A DNA stretch of 64,000 nt from Cetorhinus maximus (Eukaryota): assembly GCF_964194155.1 (NCBI RefSeq), contig NC_135896.1, positions 97,526,001 through 97,590,000 on the forward strand, in the 5' to 3' direction. The notes beneath the pieces were generated by a model. It was not told the DNA's origin. It ran no database searches and saw only the letters and a list, made by a program, of their open reading frames with translations. The position numbers and the translations under genes are program-made. Shown here in pieces: positions 12,742 to 25,750 of this stretch. Numbering within the stretch: position 1 is the stretch's first letter; every line of letters begins with the position of its first letter.

Positions 12742-14185
12742 CAGCTTTGGTCCAAACATGGGCAAAAGAGCTGAACTCCATAGGTGAGGTGAGAGTGGTT
12801 GCCCTTGACATCAAGGCAGCATTTGACCAAGTGTGGCATCAAGGAGCCCTAGCAAAACTGGAGTCAATAGGAATTGGGGGGAAACTCTCCGCTGGTTGGA
12901 GTCATACCTAGCACAAAGGAAGATGGTTCTGGTTGTTGGGGGTCAGTCATCTCAGCTCCAGGACATCACTGCAGGAGTTCCTCAGGGTAGTGTCCTCGGC
13001 CCAACCATCTTCAGCTGCTTCATCAATGACCTTCCTTCCATCATAAGGTCAGAAGTGGGGATGTTCGCTGATGATTGCACAATGTTCAGCACCATTCGCG
13101 ACTCCTCAGATACTGAAGCAGTCCATGTCCAATTGCAGCAATTGTCCAGGTTGGACAATATTCAGGCTTGGGCTGATAAGTAACATTCACCGACCATTTC
13201 GCCTCATGGTCAAAGATACAAAGTCACACTCCCCCGGGTGGTCTCTAGAGTGGGAACTTTTTAAAAAGGATACATTTCCCTTTCACAGAAAGTTAAGTAA
13301 CATTTCAGGAATGTGTCTCCTCAATTTGGCTTTAAGAGAAACGATAAAGTTAAACATGATAAAAAAAGATTTTTTTTTTTGCCTATAAAAACAGAAGCTC
13401 CCCAGCTGAACTCTCTCAGTAGACAGGTGCATTTTAAATGACCATCTCCAGCAAGAGAGAATCTAACCATTGCCCCTTGACATTCAATGGCATTACCATC
13501 ACTGAATCTCCCACTATCAACATCCTGGGGGGGTAACCATTGATCAGAAACTGAACTGGACTAGCCATATAAATACCGTGGCTACAGGAGCAGGTCAGAG
13601 GCAAGGAATCGTGCAGTGAGTAATTCACCTCCTGACTCCCCATAGCCTGTCCACCATCTACAAGGCACAAGTCAGGAGTGTGATGGAATACTCCCCACTT
13701 GCCTTGATGAGTACAGCTCCCACAGCATTCGAGAAGCTTGACACCAACCAGGACAAAGCAGCCCGCTTGAATGGCACCTCATCCACCACCTTCAACATTC
13801 ACTCCCTCCACCACCGACGCACAGTGATAGCATGTGTACCATCTACAAGATGCACTGCAGGAACTCGCCAAGGGTCCTTAGGTAGTACCTTCTAAACCCA
13901 CGACCACTACCATCTAGAAGGACAAGGGCAGCAGATAGATGGGAACACCACCACCTGGAAGTTCCCCTCCAAACCACTCACCATCCTGACTTGGAAATAT
14001 ATTGCTGTTCCTTCACTGTCACTGGGTCAAAATCCTGGAACTCCCTTCCTAACAGCACTGTGGGTGTACCTACACCTCAGGGCCTCCAGCGGTTCAATAA
14101 GGCAGCTCACCAACACCTTCTCAACTAGGAAAGGGCAATAAACGCTAGCCTAGCCAGCAACGCCCACACCCTGTAAATGAATTTT
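12742..14185 (+). mobile_element. 5'-truncated copy of the tRNA-headed LINE (RT to 3' end) with a foreign insert at ~13192-13436
   Basis: GVPQGSVLGPTIFSCFINDLP, FADD; matches 49583-50775. Confidence 0.9.
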
Positions 14186-14649
14186 AAACAAATTATTAAA
14201 GTGAATCATTAATAGACCAATGTGTTTGTTCAGCTGGTTTTCCTATCCTGAAGTCTTTAACTGAATTATTAAAATACTTTATAAAGAATCACAAAATACA
14301 TAAATCCAATAGGTACATGTGTACCTGAAGAAAACCAAAAAAATCATATATGATACATAAATGAGGCATAAAACTTTGCAACACAACACTGGTATTGGTT
14401 CACAGGTGTGAGCTTGTTATCAGTGTCAGTAAGTGATAGGTTTTGGTCACCTTCAATGATGGGCCTTTGTTCAGTGTTGGGGGTGGAAATGGAAAAAAAG
14501 AATCAAGAGGGAGTTGATCCCTTATGCGGTTTTATGTACTGGTTACCACTTAATGCTCAGCTCAGAGCAGGATTGACAGATGTGCTGCATTACCAGGGAG
14601 ATGACCAAGATAGCTGCTACAAAAATTTCAAAGGAACATGACAGAGGGC

Positions 14650-15180
14650 ATAAGAACATAATAAATGGGAGGAGTTGGCCCCTTGAGCCTGCTCCACCAT
14701 TCAATTAGGTCATGGCTGATCTGACTTTGCCCTTAACTTCCCTTTCTTGCCTGCTCCCCATACCCCTCGACTCCCCTGTGGATCGATAATCTATCTAATT
14801 TAGCCTTGAATATATTCAATGACCCAGCCTTCACTGCTCTCTGGGGGAAGAGAATTCCAAAGAGTAAGAGCCCTCTAAGTGAAGAAATTCCTCCTCATGG
14901 AGGAAATGGGAAACTTCTTATTTCGAAACTGTTCCTCCTAGTTCTAGATGCTTTATGCCTGATTTATGTATATCATTTTGTTTTGCCTTTTCAACTACAC
15001 CAGTACCATTAGACTGATGTATTTTGTGATTTGTTATAAACTATTTTAATAATTCACAGGGGGAAACAGCCACTCAGGATGTACCCTGTCAAACCCCCTC
15101 AGAATCTTAAGGTCAGCTCTCAATCTTCTAAACCCCAATCGGTATAGGCCCAACCAGCTCAATATTTCCTCATAAAACAT
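14650..15180 (-). mobile_element. CR1 (HER1-like) 3' end
   Basis: CATAAGAACATA tail and 3'UTR shared with 17700-17820, 28926 and 62045. Confidence 0.8.
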
Positions 15181-16029
15181 TCCTTCATTCCAGGGGTAGT
15201 AGAGCAAAGAATCATTGTACTTATTTGCATGACCACATTGAAAGAGTGGATCAAGAATAGGTCTAGCAGATTAAAATGTGGCAGTGCGATGAAAAATTTT
15301 ATAAAACTATGGTACGCCAAAAAAATGCAGCTGAGTGAACTCATCCGACAAATAATTCTCGCATCCAGACAGGAATCGCTGTTGTATGACAGGTCGTTAC
15401 TGAGAGAATGGTGAGAACGTTGAACTCGTCACCGCATGGAGTGATTCAGACCAAATACCTTTGAAGCATTTCAGAGGAAGCTGGGTAAATGTGAGAAAAG
15501 AATAGGAGGATATGATGGTAGCATCCGATGAAGTAAGAAGAGAGGATGCTTGTGTGGATCACAAAGACGGGTACAGGCCAATTGTCCCAAATGGCCTGTT
15601 TATAAATTGCACTTAACTCAATTTTATGTCATCCTGCTCTCCGACAGCATATCCACGTCTTACAATGACCAGTCAGAGGGCTTCAGCCAAGAACAAAGGA
15701 GCCCTGTGCACAGATGCTTAAACATATGCAGAGCTCTGCTCCCTGAGCAGGTCATTTTTAATGCTACAGAAGTGTGGGTGGGAGCAATGCCTCACTCAGA
15801 ACATTGACAAATGTAAAAAGCAAATTTGGAAAATTCTCATTAGGCCCAGGGGACCATTAAGAACTCAACAACAGGGTTGGAATGATCCTGCATTAAGCAC
15901 AAACCCCAAAAAGCGTGGAACTAGGGCAATAAAGGTGCTCTCAGTTTTTGGTTTAGGGTGATCAGATGGTAGATCACTTGCTTGATTCCTGATGTAAACT
16001 GCCTCGGCACAAAAATCCGTTTGGCGACT

Positions 16030-17820
16030 CAGTTTGGACATATTGCAGCAGGGTTCCTTTTCATGTTGGAAAGACATAGCTAGTGGAGTGCCACAAGGAT
16101 CAGTCTCAGGACCTCAATTATCTCCTATCTATACTAATGACTTGGAGGAGGTGGCAGAGTGTAATTTATCCAAATTTGCTGGCGATATAAAAATAGGTGG
16201 GAGGGCATGTTGTGATGAGGACATAAGGAATCTGCAAGAGGATATAGACAGGTTGAGTGAGTGGGCAAGAACTTGGCAGATGGAGCTTAATGTAGGAAAA
16301 AGTGTGAGGCCATGCACTTTGATAGGAAGAATCAATAGGTAGACTATTATTTAAATGGAGAGAGGCTCAAAGAAGTGCAGCACAGAGGGATCTGGGGGCC
16401 GAATTTTCTCCCCGTTTGTGGGGGGGGGGGGAGAGAGTTCAAGAGTGGGTGCATGGAGGCGCGCCTCTGATCGGCGCCCCCGTTTGGGGGGTGTGCCGCC
16501 ATTTTACGTGGGTGGGCAAATTAAGGCCTGCCCAATGTGACATCTGCAAGGAAGCGCTATGCGCTCCCTGTGCAGGTGGGGGAGGATTCCCTGAGCCGGG
16601 AGTGCGCCCTTGCGCACATGCGCACGAAGGAGTGCATTGATCTCCCTGAGGCTAAGTGCTGCCTCAGGGAGATCGGCTCCATATTAAAAAAACGTTAAAA
16701 ACAGGAAAATAAAATTTCCCTGACATGTCCCCTCATGTAACACTGTCACATGAGTTGGGACATGTCCATCACTTTGAGTTACATTTTTATTAAAAATTTA
16801 TGAACATACATGAAACCTAATCCCGCCCATGGATGAGGTTTCCCGCATTTTCCAACCTTAAGGTTGGACGGGCAGGTCCACTAATTATGTTAATTACTCT
16901 GCCAATGGCCTCAATTGGCCATTGACAGGTCAAGGGGCACACAGCTGATTCGGCTGAGCCCCAGCCCACCTGAAAATTGAAATGAGACGCGGTGACGTCG
17001 GGAGTTCCGCCCAGTGTCATCCCGCGTCACTTAACGCTTCGGCGAGCAGACCCCGCCCCCTCTCGCCGACCAGGAAACCCTGGCCTGGGTGTTCTTGTGG
17101 CACAAAAAGTTAGCATGCAGATGCAACAACCAATTAAGAAGGCAAATGGAACTTTGGTCTGTATTGCTAGGGGGTTGAAGCTTAAAAGTAGGGAAGTCTT
17201 GTTACAACTGTACAGGGTGTTGGTGAGGCCGCACCTGGAGTACTGTGTACAGCTTTGGTCCCTGTATTTAAGAAAGGATACACTGGCATTGGAGGCAGTT
17301 CAAAAGAGATTCACTGGGCTGATTCCTGGGATGAAGGGGTTGACTTATCAAGAACGGCTAAACAGGTTAGACCTTTATTCATTAGAGTTTAGAAGAATGA
17401 GGGGTGATCTCATTGAAACGTACAAGATTCTGAGGGGGCTTGACAGGATGGATGTTGAGAAGATGTTTCCACTAGTGGGGGAGTCTCAAACTAGGGGACA
17501 GAGTTACAGAATAAGGGGACACTCATTTAAAACTGAGATGCAAAGGAATTTCTTCTCTCAGAGGGTAGTGAATGCTGGAATTCTCTAACCTCGAGAGTTG
17601 TGGAGGCTAGATCACTGAAAGTATTTAAAGAGGATTTTTCTTTGAGCACTCTCATTTATTAGCTATGAAGATATTGGAGATGATGGATGGATTGAGGGCT
17701 ATGAAGAGCTGGTGCGCAAAAGGAATTGAGGCCTGGGGCAGATCAGCCATGATCTTATTGAATGGCGGGGCAGGCTTGAGAGGCCGAATGGCCTACTCCT
17801 GCTCCTATTTCTTATGTTCA
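16030..17820 (+). mobile_element. CR1 LINE RT to 3'UTR, split by the MITE at 16396-17085
   Basis: SGVPQGSVSGP; LYRVLVRPHLEYCVQLWS...RRMRGDLIETYKIL. Confidence 0.92.
16396..17085. mobile_element. Harbinger-type MITE with an internal hairpin array, copy A
   Basis: Ends GGGCCGAATTTTC / GAAACCCTGGCC; TSD TGG, and removal restores the CR1 sequence. Confidence 0.85.
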
Positions 17821-17844
17821 TCACCAGCTTCTTTTGCCAGTTTA

Positions 17845-18239
17845 GGGGAAGATGATAGCATAGTGGTAATATCGCTGGACTAGTAACCCAGATGCCCAGG
17901 CTAATGCTCTGGGGACATGGGTTCAAATCCCACCATAGCAGCTGGTGGTATTTAAATTTGATCAATAAAATCTGAATTGAAAACTAGTTGTAGTGATGGT
18001 GACCATGAAAATATCATCGATTGTTGTTAAAACCCATCTGGTTCACTAATTCCCTTTAGGGAAGGAAATCTGCTGCCCTTTCCTGGTCTGGCCTACATGT
18101 GACTCCAGATCCACAGTCACGTGGTTGAGTCTTAACTACCCTCCAAAATGGCCGAGCAAGCCATTCAGTTCAAGGGCAATTAGGGATGGGCAGCAAATGC
18201 TGGCCTTGCCAGCGACACCCACACCCATGAAAGAAAAAA
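17845..18239 (+). mobile_element. tRNA-derived SINE, partner of the 47585 LINE
   Basis: A box TAGCATAGTGG, B box GGTTCAAATCC; junction CAGTT|CAAGGG at 18170/18171. Confidence 0.9.
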
Positions 18240-18393
18240 GTGTTGGAAAGACTCTTCTTTCCCGGAATGGATCATTCTTGGCTGCCAGTCAGAGAAGCTT
18301 TGTTGTCATTTCCAATATCTTCATGACTATTAAATGAGAGTGATCAAAGAAAATGAAAGGACTTTTTTCTAACGCCCCTACAATTTTCTCCAG

Positions 18394-21300
18394 GGCTGGA
18401 ATCGTCTGGCTCTGTTGGTGTCCGATGTCATGGCGGGCGGGGGTGGGGGCGGGGGGGTGGGGGCGGGCGGGGGTGCGGGTGGGGGTGGGGGCAGGGACAA
18501 TACAGGGGAGAAGGCCAAAGTTGGTTTCACACCGGTGTGAAAGCACAGAGGGACCACCCGATGGTGTCCACCATGGCAGAGCGCGAATCCCACTGGAGGA
18601 TGGCGTCAACCCACTTTGCATCCCGGTAATGGGATGCGGAGTAAGGCCCGATCAGGATTATCCCAGCCCCCACCCCCACACACACACCAGATTTACCGTT
18701 ACGCTGGTGGGAAAACATGTCGGCCCAGAACATGTTTCGACAAGTCAGGACTTACTGTTAGGGCCTTGCTCAGATCGTCAGATCGTGGACATCTGAGGGG
18801 GCAGGGAGAGCCGGAGGGAGGGGGGGGATGGGCAGAGAGGGATGTCCATTAGGACGTTGCTCAGATCGCGGACATCCGAGGAGAAGATGATGCTGGAGCC
18901 TTATAGCTACTCAACCCAGAGGAACACCTGCAGCGTGTGCTGGGTGGGCTCTTATGGACAGGGCTCCACCGCGAAGCAGCTGACGGAGGGTGGGAGGTCC
19001 CCATAGATGCTTCAGGCCAGCATTGGAACATCACAGTCTTGGCCATGGACCACTAGGGATGATCGGGGTGGGGGGTGGGTGGTGGGTGGGTGGAGAGGGA
19101 AGTACAGCTATGAGTGGGAGAGGAAGTTGCACTGGAGGGTGGGTGAGGTTGATAGGGGGAGGACAAAGGTGTCGGTGGGGGCGGTTAGGTTGGGGAATGA
19201 AGGTGACGGTGGGGGGTGATGTTAGGAGGGTAAGGGAGGAGGGAATGCAGCAAGTGGGGAGGTAGGCATATGGGGGAAGGAAGGTGTAAGGGAGGGAGTT
19301 CAGAAGGGGGAAGGAGTTTGGGGGGAGGAAGTAATGGTGGAGTAGGGAGTAAGGTGGGGGTGGTGGTGGGGAATGTCCAGCTGAACATGATAGAGAGGGG
19401 TGTGTGGACTCAATGACTGCCACCTGGGAGCACATGGAGGGGGGCATGGTAGGACGGAATAGTGAGTATGAGGGGGTGGGGAGGGTGTGGGCTGAGGGAG
19501 CCGGAAGTTTGGGAGGGTGAGGGTACGACAGTAGCAGTAGAAGGAACAGTGAGGGTGGTTGTTGGGGACTCGGAGGCAGACACGGACCCTGGGGGTGTGA
19601 AGGAGGAGGTCGGGGAGGTCAATGTGGATGGGGGTGGGATTCCCAGGAAGGTGGGAATGTGCACACTCACCTGGACATCCCGGAAAGAAAGGGTTCGGAC
19701 TGGTAGGTGAGGGTGGGGAGGTGGAAGGTGATGTCAGGGATGGGGGAAAGGACATGAGGTGAAAGGATGGGGGAGCTAACAATATAATTCACTACTACCT
19801 TGTTTGTCGAAATTGAAAGTGAGCGGAGCCTCATGTTGGACGGGCACAGGTGCTGCCTGGGAGTGAGGTCAGTGGGTGGGCGGAGATGCAGCTCAGCTCA
19901 TATAGACAACTGAAACAGAGCCCCAGCAGGCAGCATTGAAAATGCTCGGGACAGTGGGATGAGTGTGATGGATGAAGGCTCTGTGTGCGTGGGAGTGTGC
20001 TTACATAGGCTCTGAATGTCTCTGCCACACACATACTTCTCCCTCCAGGATCACTCGTGGGGGGAGGGTGCAGTGGGTGGACTCGCAAAGCCTGTCAATG
20101 AAGCTGAGAAACAACATTACACATTGTTCAGTGAGAGTGAATATATTTTCAGATTATAAAGTGGCAAAATGTGTTCACCTGTGCAACCAATTGTGATGAT
20201 AAATTCTTAACTTTTCTAGGTCTACCACTTCTTCTAGTTGCTGCCCTGACATCTGCAGCAGGGGTGGAGACAGCCTGTGCAATGGTTGGCCCTGTTGCCT
20301 CTGATTACTTTGATGTGTGTCCTCTGGAGGGCCGAGGCCTTGAGGGCCCTGGGCTTGCTTTGGCTGTCCTCCTGTGGGCCAGCTGCTCCCTCTGTGGTGA
20401 CAGAGGACGAGGTCGAGAGGGTCACAGGAAAAGTGGACTTGGAGGGAGGGGACAGCCTCTGAGATTCCTGATTGGATGACCCAGGGGTGTCCAGCTGCCA
20501 CTCCTCCTCCCTTCAGGTTCCCAAGGGCCCCGGCCTGACTCCTTGGGGGGGAAGGAGCGCCTGGAGGGACATCAAGGTGCCCCATTTCCCTCTCATGTTG
20601 CCACTGCAGGAACTCACCCGTGGCTCCCGCGACGGAGTGCAGGTCTGTGCGCATCTCCACGTTCTGCTGGACCAGGGTCTCCATGGTGTCTGCCATACTT
20701 CAAACAGAGACCTCCATACACGCACATGTGGGCACCACTTCACCAGAGAGCAGGCTGACACACTCGTCCGATTCACGTGCCACTCTGTTGAGGGCTTCCA
20801 ACAGCTCTGTGTGATGTTCCCCCGCCTTCTGCTGACTCCCCAGGATGAGTTGGAAGGCCAAATCCACAGGCTCATCATCTGGCTCGGGCCTCACAGATGC
20901 CTCTTCCCCAGCAGCCCTCCGAGTGCCGGGGAGCTCGGCTGAACCTGCCTCCTCCTGCTGCGGACACGTGTCCGTGTGGTGACCACCAGATTGTGAACCC
21001 GAGCCTGCTCTAGATCTAGGTCCCACCAAGGTGTGTGTCTCTGCGCTGGTGGAGGGTGTGGGTAAGCGCTGTGTCGGGTCCTCCAGGCTGCTTATTTTTA
21101 GCTCTTCAATGGAGGAGGTGAACTCTTGGCTGGAGGTGAGGTCCTGGATGGAGCTGAGGGACTGGCTGGCTGAGGGTGTGGGTCACTTGGCAGAGCTCCC
21201 TGTGAACCAAAGTAGAGAGAATTAGTGAATGGCAGCAGAGTCAAAAGCAGGAGAGAGAGACACTCACAGTTCCGTTGAGAGAGGGATGGTGTGGCGCAGG

Positions 21301-22193
21301 ATCCTCGCGTGGGTGTTCACCGCCGACCTCACCATCGCCACAGGCAGGGTCCACATCCCCACCAGTCAGCACGATGGCACACTCCTCAAAGTGAATGAGG
21401 GGCCTAATGTGGGCCACTCCACCCCTGGTCTGGGACCTCTCCCTGCTGTTGTGAGTCAGCTTCCCCTGCATGAAAACAGGTGGAGAGAGTGTGAGCAGGA
21501 CACATGGCACTGAGTGGAATGTTTGTGTGGTCGGGATGAGGATTCGAGCTCCAGAGGGCATGAGCCTGATGGAGATGTGAGGGTGTGTGAGAGAGTTAGT
21601 GGGGTTGTCCCTGGAGGTGTGAGATCCCTATGGATGTATGATGGATTTGGGAGTGTGTGTGTTGAGAGTGATGAAGTGGTTGACTTACTCTGGCAGAACA
21701 GATGAGATCATTCATCCTCTTCCTGCACTGGATGGCTGACCTCCTCTGCGCTCTGGTGGCTCTGACCACCACTGCCTCCCAGGCCAGATTAGTGACTCTG
21801 GTGGACCCCCTGCGGCCAGAGTGGGGGGTAGGGGACATCACAGTGCCCTTCCACTGTGTCCAGCAGGCATCCCAGAGAGACGTCATTAAATTTGGTGCTG
21901 CCGAATTTGGTTCTTTGCTTTCTGTTTGCTGTCACCTGGAGCGCTCCTGGTCTGAAGACGTGAAGTAGTCCGCGCTCTGAGGAGCTTCTAATATGGCGCC
22001 CGGAGCGAGGAAACGCTGAGGTTATGGCAAATCCGAGCCCGTCAGCCAGTGATCCGGAATGTTCCTCTTGAATACTCGGGCGCACTGAGAAGGGGACGAT
22101 ATGGCGCGAAAACCTGCCATTGCAGCCGGTGGGTAAAGCGACTTATTTCACACCCGCTAACGCACTTTGTGCACATCTGGGAGAATTCCACCC
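18394..22193. mobile_element. Non-autonomous Harbinger carrying a Myb/SANT gene, copy 2
   Basis: Ends GGCTGGAAT / ATTCCACCC; flanks CAG/CAA; colinear with 3218-7430. Confidence 0.85.
20195..21940 (-). pseudogene. Harbinger Myb/SANT-like gene, disrupted
   Basis: KFNDVSLGCLLDTVEG; AQRRSAIQCRKRMNDLICSAR; GKLTHNSRERSQTRGG. Confidence 0.8.
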
Positions 22194-23789
22194 CAAATCT
22201 CTTTGCAAGTGTCCGGTAGATTAATCTGTAATTCCTGGAAACTCCAGGACAATTTTGGAGGATTGGGAACTCTACGCAAATGTGGTAGTGTAATAGCAGC
22301 CTTATGTGGAGCCATTAATACCTGGCCTTTACTGTCCAATTTAAAAACTTTCAACCACGTTACTTGCTATGTCCTGAGGAAAGGAACCAGTTACCTTTTC
22401 AAAAGTGAATCTCTAGCACCAACATGTGGTCATATTAGAAAATACACTGACATTTAAATAATAAATCTTGTACAACATAATTAAAGCAGAAGCACTTAAA
22501 ACAAGATTGTTTTCATAAATTTAATATGCGATAAGGAACTTTTGAAAAAATTGTGAAACCTGTCACTGAAAGTTATAGCTATCAAAAAAGTACTTTTGTA
22601 ACAGACCAGGAGTATTGGCTGACTTACATATTGAATTTTAAGAATTGATATTATTTGCCGTGCATTTTTAATTCAATATTTCTAATCAAAGGTAAGAGTT
22701 TTTCGATTAGCATTAGGTATTGCACATACTTTATCTTAGTACAGTACAACTGCATGATATAAAACCGGGAAAAATCATGGAGAAAAGGATGAATATTTAA
22801 ACAAGAGATGGATTTTTGCTTGGTTCCAAATAAGGACCGATATTCATTCAGAGCTGTACCACAGGGGATTCAATATGTGGGATATAGTTGAAAATAAGAT
22901 AAACCCTATGTGCTCTTCAAATATGGTGCTGGGAGCTTATGGAACATTACTGACACAGTGGGATGGATGAAAAGTTTGGATCCAGGGTGAGCCTTTACTT
23001 CAGACAGGTTAACTTTATCTACTGCCCTGTTTTTTTTTTTAAGCACTTCACTGGACAAATCCTGCAAGGGGACTTAATTCATCAATGACACAGGCAGGAA
23101 ACAAAAGGGTGGAAACAACCAGTTGCTTCTGGCTACTGGACCCTTGTGGCACACCCAGTGTACCATGTGCTATGTGGTGTGAACACCTGAAAGGTCATTG
23201 CAATGTGCGAGTACAGCTCACCTGGCTCAGAAGCAGACAGCACTCCCAATCCCATTGAACCGGGGCTGTGTTGTCACTCCCCAGTGTCTCTTGTCCAGTG
23301 ACTTGTCTTGTAAAATGGAAGCATTGCACATTTAGTCAATAAGTCGTTGAGCATTCATATCAGATGGTGGTATAGTTGGCAGCAGGACATCACTGGTCTG
23401 TGTCAACTACCTATCCAATTATTCCCTTTCTTGTCAGATTTGCACACAATTTATAACCAATTAAAAACCAGGAACACTTTCAGGAATTTGTCTATATACT
23501 TTTTGAAATCTCTTAAAGGCCCAACCTGAATGAAAAAGCAGGGGGGGGTGGTGGGGGTGTAGGGGCGGGGTGGAAGAGGGAATTGCCTGAGCAAAACCCA
23601 GGAGTGAAATTAACGGGTCAGATTCTCTGATTTCAACTTGATTGTATCATTAAACTTTTGCGTTTTGCGCCTCTGGGTTGTGTAGCCGGCGTGTGCATGC
23701 TGGGATCAGTACCCTGCTGTTTAAAGGACCAGTGCAGAAACGGAATTTGGAGGAACCAGCATATATTTAACAATGAGACACGATGATCA

Positions 23790-24000
23790 AGGGCAATGCC
23801 CGGCTCTAATGATACGTGGTTGGAATTACAGCTGGACACTCTCCAGAGATGGAAGGACCATAGCTTCCCCATCAACAGGAGGAGGAAACGTGCAACTGTC
23901 ACTAAGAAGGGATGGTTGGAAATGACCGAGGAGATGAACAGGAGGTTGTGCCACTGTCTTGCACAAAGAAGTTTAACAACCTGACCAGGTCAGGAAAAGT
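23790..24000 (+). pseudogene. Old Myb/SANT exon-1 remnant from another Harbinger family
   Basis: DTWLELQLDTLQ...FPINRRRKRATVTKKGWLEMTEEMN, then KKFNNLTRSGK followed by GTAAG. Confidence 0.6.
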
Positions 24001-24393
24001 AAGCACATCACTGATCCACCTACATCTTATGATGTAATCCACAGCAACCCCCTCCCCCCACCCCAACTCATTATCATGTCCTAATGATCAACGCACTCTG
24101 GCAAGCAGATTACTCGCTATGTAGCCAAATGAGCCCCCACTAAAGCCAAAAAAAAAGGCCTGTTGAAGGTGGGCTGCGGTCATGCTGACATTTCTATAAT
24201 TTTTTACTTTCTACTCTACTCCAACCCACCCGCTTTTTGGGGGGTTAAAAGTCCCCTCAAAGTGATCAAGCATCCGTACTGTTAATCTGTTCCATTCATT
24301 GATCAATCTTATGGTCAAATGAAAATTACAAGTGCCCATTTACTCCTGTTTTCCTGGTTTGGGATTGTGTATATAAGCAGAAGAAAGACTTAC

Positions 24394-24450
24394 CTGTTTT
24401 CAGCTGTAAAATCCTCTTGCTAATTTAAAGATTTGCATCAATTGTCCACC
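24394..24450 (-). other. Candidate 57-nt non-coding exon, possibly CR1-derived
   Basis: Acceptor TTCTGTTCAG, donor CAG|GTAAGT; stops in all three frames; GGQLMQIFKLARGF resembles CR1 RGDLIEVFKIMRG. Confidence 0.25.
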
Positions 24451-24885
24451 CTGAACAGAATAGTTCCTGCAAGGGACAGCCATTTGGTTTTCAAGGGAGC
24501 TGATTGTAAACCTAGGAGCAGACAGACAGTTCAGGAAATCACATTTCTGTTCCATTACAGAATAGTAAAGGGGAAAGGCATTTGCTTTGCAATAGCTATG
24601 CTAAAAGGATCCACTTCACCATGAAGGAAATTAAAAACTTCAAAAGAATTTGTTCTAGTTCTAGAATTACAGCTTCAGTTGCACATAATAAAAGATTCCT
24701 AATAGTTACTACTTCCAACAAACTGAAGATATACAGGTAATGTATAACAGAACCCCTCCTGCCCAAGTTAGAACCATGGATGTTTGAGGCGTAGTAATAG
24801 GTCATTAGCTCGTTGTATCAAATCAATACTAACTCTCCCACCCTGCTGTCTCCCCAGAGCCTACCTTTCTCTACTTTTCCAAAAA

Positions 24886-25245
24886 TTTGTTCATGGGATG
24901 TGGGTGTCACTGGCTGAGCCACCATTTATTGCCCATCCCTAAATGCCCTTGAGAACTGAGTGGCTTGCTAGGCTATTTCAGAGTCAACCACATTGCTGTG
25001 GGTCTGGATGTGAATATCTGTTGTGATTGGGATTCAGCTATCTGCATAGCTTTTACTCCAGAGTAGGACATTAGTGAACTAGATGGGTTCATGGTCATCA
25101 TTAGACTTTTAATTCCAGATTTTTTACTGAATTCAAGTTTCACCATCTGCCGTGGTGGGTGGGATTCAAACCTGGGTCCCCTGGGCATTACCCTGGGTGT
25201 CAGGGGTACTAGCCCAGTGAAAATACCACTACACCACCATCTCCC
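24886..25245 (-). mobile_element. tRNA-derived SINE, partner of the 47585 LINE, with an internal replacement
   Basis: Reverse-complement match to 2385-2770. Confidence 0.88.
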
Positions 25246-25429
25246 TGTCCAATTTTTCCTTAAAGTAGGAAATGATCTCTACTTCAGCCACGTTCCTGTG
25301 GTTACACATTCCAATGTTCCAACAACCTGTGTAAAGACATTTCTCCTAACTGTTCTTCTTGATCTCTTAGTGATTTGTTAAATTAATGCCCTCCCCTCCG
25401 CCATCGTTGATTTTGAAGCCGAGGAAATA

Positions 25430-25750
25430 ATCTTTGCCTACTTACTGTCAAAACTCTCAATGTTACAAAAAAAAAGCTCTATTCAATCTCCTCTCAGCCT
25501 TCATTCTCAAAATAGCCTCAATACCTTCATATGACCATCATCACAACTGTAATTCTCATCTCTGGTGTGACCCTGGTGAATACTCTCTATGGCTTTAATA
25601 TCCTTCCTATAATGGGGCACCCAAAACTGCACATAGTCCTCTAACTGTGGTGTAAACAATGTTTTGTATGAGTTCATCATTGCTTCATTATTCTTGTCCC
25701 TATTTAGAATACCAAAACTCGACTGGCATTTTTTATGGATTTATCTACCC
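25430..25750 (-). mobile_element. Degenerate CR1 fragment
   Basis: GGGGCACCCAAAACTGCACATAGTCCTCTAACTGTGG is the reverse complement of a P.LE.YVQFW.P motif. Confidence 0.55.

Noticed and set aside
16992-17588. 198-aa ORF as a novel fusion gene
   Set aside because: MITE sequence read in frame into dead CR1 ORF2.
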